Positions 57,691 through 64,000 of a stretch of DNA of 64,000 bases are shown here, piece by piece. Made by a program: the position numbers and the translations under genes. Positions within the stretch are counted from its first letter, which is position 1. Every line of letters begins with the position of its first letter. Source of the stretch: an uncultured Thermodesulfobacteriota bacterium (lineage in GTDB: Bacteria; Desulfobacterota; S145-22); the NCBI GenBank assembly GCA_964577975.1, contig CAZOBB010000199.1, positions 7,325 through 71,324 on the forward strand, in the 5' to 3' direction. Under the pieces are notes generated by a model. The model was given only the letters and a program-made list of their open reading frames with translations, did not search any database and was not told the DNA's origin.

Positions 57691-58302
57691 TTATTGACTA
57701 AACGAGGAAACCAGAAACCCGATGTCATCTCCCGGCGGAGGAGTAGGATCACTATTCAAGGGTCCTTTCGGATCCGTATCGATATTTTCATTTGGGCCCG
57801 CCGAGATCACCCATGCTTGCCCCGGATCCGCTCCCGCAGCACTCCAGTTACCATCCCACAAAGAACCGATGGACACATAATAATGGTTTCCCCACGGATC
57901 CGCCTTGATGGTTCCAAGATACGGCCCCTTCCAGCCATCATAGTTTGGATTATTCAATAAAAGCTGATTCTCGAGTGTGTCATGTTTAAACGTCGTCGTC
58001 CAATATGTATTCCGTATGGCGGAAGGCACATCCCCCTTTTCAGATTCCAAGATATATACATCCGGATTGCGATTCACATAATTGGCATTCGTAGAGTAAG
58101 CGGGCCAATATGGCTTCACGTCGATATGAAAATTCACGATCGCCGTTGCGATAGCCTGTGTGTCTTTTGCCGCGGTGGTAAGTCGTGCATCGTCGATGTT
58201 TCTGACAGCTACAGGGATCAACATTGAGGCCAGGATGGAAATAACCGCCAAAACGATGAGCACCTCCATAAGAGTAAATCCCCGAGAAATTCCCTTTTTC
58301 AT
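57691..58302 (-). CDS. Type IV pilin / GspG-like pseudopilin paralog 3 (203 aa)
   Basis: MKKGISRG followed by FTLMEVLIVLAVISILASMLIP, plus NIDDARLTTAAKDTQAIATAIVNF, WKGPY, DPWGNHY and SAGPN. Confidence 0.8.
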   Translation of the reverse strand: MKKGISRGFTLMEVLIVLAVISILASMLIPVAVRNIDDARLTTAAKDTQAIATAIVNFHIDVKPYWPAYSTNANYVNRNPDVYILESEKGDVPSAIRNTYWTTTFKHDTLENQLLLNNPNYDGWKGPYLGTIKADPWGNHYYVSIGSLWDGNWSAAGADPGQAWVISAGPNENIDTDPKGPLNSDPTPPPGDDIGFLVSSFSQ

Positions 58303-58311
58303 ATCTCACTC

Positions 58312-58956
58312 CTATTCAGGTCTGCATGGTGAGGTTGTCGACCCTTGGTAAATCAACAGGCCAATATCGTCTCCAGCCAATTGACCATCCGGAGCCCCCC
58401 GGCTCCCTCCTACCCTTGCTGAGGTATCCAATCGATTATCAGGGCCCGCCGAGATCACCCACACGTAGGGCCACAGGAAATTATTCAAGCAATGAGCATA
58501 ACCAATAACCGTAACGATGTAACTCCTTCCCCAGGGATCCAGTTTATCTGAGGCCAAATAGGGTCCCGCCCAATTATCATAATGATTCGCCGCTCCCGGC
58601 TTGTTTTGGATTAGATGATTGAACAGGGGCTCGTTACGGCTCGATGCCGTGTATCCAGTCGTATCGGAAAACCCGTAGGTCGGCTGGACAAATGATTTAC
58701 TCGAATAGACCAGATAGAGATGATTGGTATAATAATCCCCACTATCAGGTAGGTGGGGGTACTTTCCCGTGTGATACCTCAAATTCGTCACGGCGGCGGC
58801 AATGGCTTTAACGTCCGCCTTGGCAGCCGAGATCTTTGAGTCATCAATATTCTTGATAGCCAACGGCACCAACGCCCCAGCCAAGATTGATAGTACGGCA
58901 ATTACAACAATGGCTTCGATCAGTGTAAAACCTTCCTTTTTATACCATCGTTCCAT
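58312..58956 (-). CDS. Type IV pilin / GspG-like pseudopilin paralog 4 (about 214 aa)
   Basis: MERWYKKEG followed by FTLIEAIVVIAVLSILAGALVP, plus NIDDSKISAAKADVKAIAAAVTNL, WAGPY, DPWGRSY and SAGPD. RBS GGAGGT lies 4 nt before the ATG at 58956. The ORF-track start at 59007 is likely 5' UTR. Confidence 0.8.
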   Translation of the reverse strand: MERWYKKEGFTLIEAIVVIAVLSILAGALVPLAIKNIDDSKISAAKADVKAIAAAVTNLRYHTGKYPHLPDSGDYYTNHLYLVYSSKSFVQPTYGFSDTTGYTASSRNEPLFNHLIQNKPGAANHYDNWAGPYLASDKLDPWGRSYIVTVIGYAHCLNNFLWPYVWVISAGPDNRLDTSARVGGSRGAPDGQLAGDDIGLLIYQGSTTSPCRPE

Positions 58957-58995
58957 TTTTACCTCCAATTGACCACGAACTTCCGCTATTTTTTT

Positions 58996-59011
58996 AGCAA
59001 TATTCATGCCT
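58996..59011 (-). promoter_or_regulatory. Sigma-54 (-24/-12) promoter candidate upstream of the pilin operon
   Basis: The minus strand reads AGGCATGAATATTGCT, with GG-N10-GC spacing and 13/16 identity to the flgB promoter TGGTATGAATATTGCA. The -12 element is about 40 nt upstream of the pilin-4 ATG. Confidence 0.5.
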
Positions 59012-59109
59012 AATTATTAATTACCTTTGTCTAAGGCCATATCGCCTTTTCCACGGTAAGACCAGAGATTTTCCCACATAATTTGTAGTATTCCCAACAT
59101 CATCGAAGG

Positions 59110-60312
59110 CTATTTGGTAATAACCCCCATCATTTGGTAAAGCGGGAGGAACATGGATAGCGCCATCAACAACACAACGGATGCAAGAAAAACGATAACC
59201 AACGGTTCAAAAATGGCAAAAACCCTCTTGATGGTCGTGGGAACTTCTCGATCATAATAGGCCGACACCTTATCAAGGGTCTCTTCCATGTTCCCCGTAG
59301 ATTCTCCAATCGCCACCATCCGCACCACCAATGGCGGGAATTGAGGAAATTCTCTCAAGGTATCGGACATAAACTCCCCCGCCTGGACTCGAGCACGCAT
59401 CAGTCGGACAATATCCGAAAGGACGACATTCCCTATAACCTTTTCCACGATAAGAAGTGATTGTGTAATATCCACACCCGCTCGGATAAGGGCTCCTAGA
59501 TAATGGGAAAATCTCGAAAGATTAATTTTAAGGATCAATGTTCCAAAGATGGGAATCCTCAATTTCATCCGATCGATCACGTGTCTGCCCGCATCCGTCT
59601 TTTGGAAAATTTTGAAAAAGACGACCAAAAGGACCACCCCTATTATCAGATAGAGCCAATCGTGGACCAAAAAATGGCTAATGCCCATTACGACCCGGGT
59701 CGGAAGCGGAAGAGGCACATTCGCCTTCTCAAAGATAGCCGTAAATCTTGGAAATACAAAGGTCATCAATAAAATCACCAATCCCGTCACCGCCACCAGC
59801 ACAATAGTGGGATAAATCGTCGCCTGTCGAATATTGGATACAAGCTCCTCTTGCCACTCCAGGAATCCCACCAAATCCTTTAATACGGCATCCAAATTAC
59901 CGGTGGCTTCCCCTGCCCTCACCACGCTAACGTAAAGATCCGAAAAGGCGTGTGGATGCTTCTGAAGTGCCTCCGAAAGGCTAGAGCCCGCCTGTATAGA
60001 AAAACGGACCTCCTCCAAAATCTTTTTGAAGTTTCGATTTCCTGTTTGCTCTATCAAATCGTTGAGCCCCTGGATAATAGGAATTCCTGCCGAGACAATC
60101 GTTTGGAGATGGACCGTAAAGGTAAGAAGATCCTTGCGTTTGATCTTTTTGCGAAAACTAAATTCCCTCGGAGGGGCTGTTTCCTTCGCCGTGACGAGAT
60201 AGAGATTCATTTGCCTAAGATTGTTTTGCAATGCCTGCTCCGTCTCGGCATACAAACTTCCCGACACCTCTTTCCCGCTGAAATCCACCGCTTTGTATTT
60301 AAAAAGGGGCAC
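59110..60312 (-). CDS. Type II secretion / type IV pilus platform protein (GspF/PilC/MshG family)
   Basis: 400 aa with two T2SSF repeats and three TM regions. The start abuts the gspE stop. Confidence 0.9.
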   Translation of the reverse strand: MPLFKYKAVDFSGKEVSGSLYAETEQALQNNLRQMNLYLVTAKETAPPREFSFRKKIKRKDLLTFTVHLQTIVSAGIPIIQGLNDLIEQTGNRNFKKILEEVRFSIQAGSSLSEALQKHPHAFSDLYVSVVRAGEATGNLDAVLKDLVGFLEWQEELVSNIRQATIYPTIVLVAVTGLVILLMTFVFPRFTAIFEKANVPLPLPTRVVMGISHFLVHDWLYLIIGVVLLVVFFKIFQKTDAGRHVIDRMKLRIPIFGTLILKINLSRFSHYLGALIRAGVDITQSLLIVEKVIGNVVLSDIVRLMRARVQAGEFMSDTLREFPQFPPLVVRMVAIGESTGNMEETLDKVSAYYDREVPTTIKRVFAIFEPLVIVFLASVVLLMALSMFLPLYQMMGVITK

Positions 60313-61974
60313 TTATGCCACCACCCTTTCCACTTCTTCCAATGTCGTCATGCCTGCCTTCGCTTTTCGAAGGCCATCTTGTTCCATTGTGACAAACCCC
60401 TCCCCAAGGGCAGCCTTTTTGATTACCTGACTATCTTTTCCTTCCATAATGAGGGCTTCCAGCGTAGGGGAAACCCGAAGAATTTCGAAGATACCTATAC
60501 GCCCTCGGTAGCCGGTATTCCTACATGACGCGCATCCCCTTCCATGATAAAAGGTTACTTCCGAATCGGGGGGAATCTTAAAACGCCTCAAAAGACGTTC
60601 TTCCGGTGTATAGGGTTCTTTGCAATGGGGACAGATGGTTCGAACCAGTCGCTGGGCAATCACTGCGATAAGGGCAGAGGCCAGGAGAAAAGGTTCCACA
60701 TTCATGTTGATAAGCCGAGGAATACTCCCTACCGCATCATTCGTATGAAGTGTCGAAAGCACCAAATGACCGGTCAAAGCGGAGCGAATCGCCATATCCG
60801 CCGTCTCTTGATCCCTCATCTCCCCTATGAAAATGACGTCTGGATCATGCCGAAGAATGGAACGAAGCCCCGTCGCAAACGTAAGACCCGCCTTCGGATT
60901 AATTTGCGTCTGGCGGATGACGGTGAGCTCATATTCCACTGGGTCTTCCAATGTAATAATAGAGCGTTCCAAGCTGTTGATATGACTCAATGTCGAATAG
61001 AGGGTCGTTGTCTTCCCACTTCCCGTCGGTCCTGTTACCAAAATGATACCATGAGGGCGACGAATTAACTCCTTGTACATCTTGACGTGTTCAGGGGAAA
61101 ACCCCAGGCGGTCCAATCCCAAAATCAAATTTTCCTTGTCGAGAATCCGGAGAACAATATCCTCTCCATAGATGGTCGGCATGGTAGAGATCCTCAAATC
61201 GATATCACGTTTGCCCATGTGAAACAGTATCCGACCATCTTGGGGCACCCGGTTTTCCGCTATATTCATACCCGACATGATTTTTATTCTGGCAACCAAG
61301 GCGGCTTGAAGGATCTTCGGCAGTGAGATTCCTTGCTGCAGAATACCATCAACTCTGTATCTCGTTCGCACGACCTGCCTTTCTGGTTCGATATGGATAT
61401 CCGTGGCTCGTTGTTTGATTCCGTCAAGAATTAAATGATCCACCAACCGTATAATGGGAGCGGATCCCACCTCTTCCCCCAACGCTGGAGCCCCCTCAGA
61501 CTCGGCGATTCTTACGGCCTCCTGGATAACCTCCTCGATGGACTGGAGCTTTCCGTAGTACTGGTCGATCGCCTGCTGAATGTCACTTTCACTGGCAGCC
61601 TTTACCTCGATAAAATAACCTGTCATCTGCTGCAACGCATCAATGGTAGGAAGATCAAAGACATTTGCCATGGCTACCGTAAGGGTATCCCCTTCCACGG
61701 AAAGCGGAATCAACAGATTCTCCCTCGCAAACGACTCAGGGACAAGTTTCACGGCCTCCGCATCAATTAAATAATCTTTCAAATCCACATATCCGACGCC
61801 GGATTGCATCGCCAAAGCGGTTTGTACCGCCTCCTGCGTCGCGAAGCCGAGGGAATGGATTACCTCTCCTAAATACTTCCCCGTCCGTTTCTGTTCTTTC
61901 AGAGCCACATCAAGTTGATCGGGTGTTATAACCCCCATTTTTACAAGGCGCTCCCCCAATTTACCCTTTGTCAT
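60313..61974 (-). CDS. Type II secretion / type IV pilus assembly ATPase (GspE/PilB/MshE family)
   Basis: N-terminal T2SSE_N region, Walker A GPTGSGKTT, Asp and His boxes, and a tetracysteine motif (CPHC ... CASC). 553 aa. Confidence 0.9.
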   Translation of the reverse strand: MTKGKLGERLVKMGVITPDQLDVALKEQKRTGKYLGEVIHSLGFATQEAVQTALAMQSGVGYVDLKDYLIDAEAVKLVPESFARENLLIPLSVEGDTLTVAMANVFDLPTIDALQQMTGYFIEVKAASESDIQQAIDQYYGKLQSIEEVIQEAVRIAESEGAPALGEEVGSAPIIRLVDHLILDGIKQRATDIHIEPERQVVRTRYRVDGILQQGISLPKILQAALVARIKIMSGMNIAENRVPQDGRILFHMGKRDIDLRISTMPTIYGEDIVLRILDKENLILGLDRLGFSPEHVKMYKELIRRPHGIILVTGPTGSGKTTTLYSTLSHINSLERSIITLEDPVEYELTVIRQTQINPKAGLTFATGLRSILRHDPDVIFIGEMRDQETADMAIRSALTGHLVLSTLHTNDAVGSIPRLINMNVEPFLLASALIAVIAQRLVRTICPHCKEPYTPEERLLRRFKIPPDSEVTFYHGRGCASCRNTGYRGRIGIFEILRVSPTLEALIMEGKDSQVIKKAALGEGFVTMEQDGLRKAKAGMTTLEEVERVVA

Positions 61975-62848
61975 GACTTCTCCTCCCTTTTGGTGGTACC
62001 ACTAACGGATCCGTGCTGCTATGAACGCGATAATCCTTCGGATCGAGGAAGTAATATCCTCCAAATGGCTCTTTCGGAAGCGTCTCAATAAATCCCTTCT
62101 CCACGAGCGCGTTCAAAGAGGTGGGATAGGCATGGTACACTTCCTGATAGCGATGTACTAAACGTTGAAGTGTCTGAATATGCCTAAGTTGCACAATTCT
62201 CAATCCAAATTCCCTCTTCAAATCTTTTCTTTTTGTGGTGTCATAGAAATTCTTGAGAACTCGTATGGCCGATTCAATATCCCCCGCTTGCGTGTAAAAA
62301 CGACTGGCAAGTGAAGGCACAAAAGGTGGATGGCCCGGTTTCGTGCTCGCAATCTCATAATATTTCCCCGCCTGCTTGAAATCCCTGAGGTAGTAATGGT
62401 AATAAAATCCGACCATCTCCGGAAGTTTCCAGTTATCCGGGAAATATTTCATCCCTTTTTTAAGCAGCCGAATCGCATCCTGAACATCGGGGAGAAGGCT
62501 CGACCCATACCAATAGACATCAAAATAAAGGGGATCGAGATCCGTCGCCAGATTAAGTAAAGGGACCATCCATGGAAAACGAAACCCCCGTTTTTTGTAA
62601 TGGCTTCCAAAATAGATGGCCCCTTTGATCCAAACGAGATCGGCAGCAAGCCCCTCGAAATCAAGGCTGATGAGCCGCAACAGTTCTGCTTTCGGGAGAA
62701 ATACGGGATTATCGAAGGAAGGATACGCCTTTCTGAGGGACGTCAATTTCACATTACACACGACGGCTCCTATCAAAAAGAGGAGAGGAATGGTCACTCT
62801 TTTCACAGCCTTATGGAAGAATCGCAAAAGCATTGCCCCACCTTCCAC
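61961..62848 (-). CDS. Hypothetical membrane-anchored TPR-like protein
   Basis: N-terminal TM (IPLLFLIGAVVCNV) and a TPR-like helical repeat region rich in Y/F/K. Its stop overlaps the gspE start. Confidence 0.5.
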   Translation of the reverse strand: MEGGAMLLRFFHKAVKRVTIPLLFLIGAVVCNVKLTSLRKAYPSFDNPVFLPKAELLRLISLDFEGLAADLVWIKGAIYFGSHYKKRGFRFPWMVPLLNLATDLDPLYFDVYWYGSSLLPDVQDAIRLLKKGMKYFPDNWKLPEMVGFYYHYYLRDFKQAGKYYEIASTKPGHPPFVPSLASRFYTQAGDIESAIRVLKNFYDTTKRKDLKREFGLRIVQLRHIQTLQRLVHRYQEVYHAYPTSLNALVEKGFIETLPKEPFGGYYFLDPKDYRVHSSTDPLVVPPKGRRSHDKG

Positions 62849-62861
62849 GGCGTCTCATTCC

Positions 62862-63623
62862 TTAAAAATCCTTTCTATTCAGAATCCAGATGGCTATCCA
62901 CAAAACCACCACGACAAAAGCGATTCCATATAAACACCCATACACCAAATGAAGAATGGGAATAGGAACGTTATGCACGACTTCCGTCTGAACACTCAAA
63001 AGATCAAAATTGGGGAAAAGATAATAGAGCCCTATGGAAACGTAGTGGTAAATCCCTTCCTTATGGGCAAAGATTTCTCGAACCTCTGTGGTCGTGTGCC
63101 CAATGACAAAGATAGCCAGCACCAAAAAAGGGGTCAGCGTCGGTGATATAAACAGAAAAAAAAGGCACAGAAAGGAAAGAAGGATCGCCATTTCAATCGC
63201 CGTGAGCCCCACGGACAGAAAAAGAACCCACTTAAAGGTGTGGCTGTACAGGAAGAGAATCAAAAGAATGATCCCTGTAAATGCGACCATATTCGCGTAA
63301 AGGAGACCAAGCAATCCCAAAAATCTCCCCAAGAGATAGCGGGCCCGGCTGATGGGTTTGCTCAAGATGAAAAAAACCGCCGGTGTTTCCATATCCTTTC
63401 CCACCACCTCGCTGCCAACAAAAAGGATGAGAAGGAGGGTGAAAAAGGAGACAGTAGCAAGCCCCACATCCTGTATAATCTTTGTCGGATCCCCCACTGT
63501 CATCTGGTTCAACACGACGGTGCTCAACACCAACAGAGCAGCAAAAAACAACAATGTGTAAAAAACGCGGCTTCTCACGCCTTGTAAAAAGGTCAATCGA
63601 GATAAGCACACTACCTCACGCAT
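62862..63623 (-). CDS. ABC-2 family transporter permease
   Basis: Six predicted TM helices. Its start overlaps the stop of the upstream ABC ATPase. Confidence 0.65.
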   Translation of the reverse strand: MREVVCLSRLTFLQGVRSRVFYTLLFFAALLVLSTVVLNQMTVGDPTKIIQDVGLATVSFFTLLLILFVGSEVVGKDMETPAVFFILSKPISRARYLLGRFLGLLGLLYANMVAFTGIILLILFLYSHTFKWVLFLSVGLTAIEMAILLSFLCLFFLFISPTLTPFLVLAIFVIGHTTTEVREIFAHKEGIYHYVSIGLYYLFPNFDLLSVQTEVVHNVPIPILHLVYGCLYGIAFVVVVLWIAIWILNRKDF

Positions 63624-64000
63624 GATTCTCCACTACCTCGGAAAAACGCCGATCCAAAAATTCTGGAGTGGCTTCTTCGGGAAGACCGAAAACTTCTTCG
63701 ATCGTCCCCTGCTTAACCAGCCTTCCTTCGACAATTAACCCCACTTCATCGCACAATGACCTCACATCCGCCAAGATATGGGAGGAAAAAAAGATGGTAC
63801 ACCCCTCTTTCTTCGCTTCGTTCAAAATCGCCGTAACCACTTGGCGGCCTGAGGGATCAAGCCCAGACAAAGGTTCATCAAGAATCAAAAGCGCTGGTGA
63901 ATTCAATACCGCCTGCGCAACCCCAAGGCGCTGAATCATTCCTTTCGAATAGGTGGAAACCCTTTTATCCTTCGCCTCAAGGAGACGGACACGCGCCAAA
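63616..64000 (-). CDS. ABC transporter ATP-binding protein (C-terminal part; N-terminus beyond window end)
   Basis: Signature LSGLDPSGRQ, Walker B LLILDEPLSGLD and H-loop FFSSHIL. Confidence 0.8.
   Translation of the reverse strand, partial: LARVRLLEAKDKRVSTYSKGMIQRLGVAQAVLNSPALLILDEPLSGLDPSGRQVVTAILNEAKKEGCTIFFSSHILADVRSLCDEVGLIVEGRLVKQGTIEEVFGLPEEATPEFLDRRFSEVVENHA

Noticed and set aside
58957-59007. ORF-track N-terminal extension of pilin 4 (MNIAKKIAEVRGQLEVK)
   Set aside because: These codons coincide with the sigma-54 promoter core and leader. A canonical class-III prepilin leader (MERWYKKEG|F) with GGAGGT RBS begins at 58956.
1-64000. Search for CRISPR arrays, tRNA/rRNA genes, integrases or transposases, and toxin-antitoxin pairs
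   Set aside because: No spaced direct-repeat arrays or tRNA-like GGTTCGA/T-loop contexts were found in intergenic DNA. No recombinase or transposase motifs were found in any frame. Intergenic regions are mostly under 230 nt.

Overview
This 64-kb bacterial chromosomal window has about 50% GC, very high coding density, many overlapping start/stop junctions, and no rRNA, tRNA, CRISPR arrays, transposases or integrases. Gene content and sigma-54 usage suggest a Desulfobacterota- or Nitrospirota-like organism, but taxonomy cannot be fixed from sequence alone. The content falls into seven blocks. (a) 1-11.3 kb: a flagellar rod/MS-ring/switch operon (fliH', fliG, fliF, fliE, flgC, flgB) with a sigma-54 promoter. 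Upstream of it sit a FlrB/FlrC-like two-component pair co-operonic with a 990-aa TPR protein, and a second orphan sigma-54 activator. (b) 11.4-25.4 kb: a co-directional housekeeping run on the minus strand (nth, HAD phosphatase, smc, gltX, pyrR, lepB, lepA, SPOR protein, argS, CN-hydrolase, ThiI-like PP-loop ATPase). (c) 25.5-30.5 kb: a membrane-anchored Ser/Thr phospho-signalling module (PP2C phosphatase, FHA/zinc-ribbon protein, Hanks kinase, and a periplasmic trypsin-like protease fused through a transmembrane helix to a cytoplasmic FHA domain). (d) 30.7-37 kb: mltD, GNAT, a GspC-like PDZ protein, glmS and glmU. (e) 37-47.8 kb: an HdrC-like ferredoxin, livKHMGF, adenine deaminase, Nudix, MBL hydrolase, resB and a purQ-like gene. 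(f) 47.8-62 kb: ihfB and a deacetylase, then an MSHA-type type IV pilus / T2SS-like cluster (mshN/M/L/K/J/I-like genes, a minimal MerR-like HTH gene, four tandem GspG-like pilin paralogs, gspF, gspE) driven by sigma-54- and sigma-70-like promoters. (g) 62-64 kb: a TPR membrane protein and an ABC-2 exporter. The most unusual candidates are the protease-FHA/STK/PP2C module and the sigma-54-driven Msh-like cluster with four large pilin paralogs and an embedded MerR-like gene. Three putative sigma-54 promoters share the core GGYATG-N4/5-TTGC. Long antisense ORFs in the six-frame track are judged spurious.
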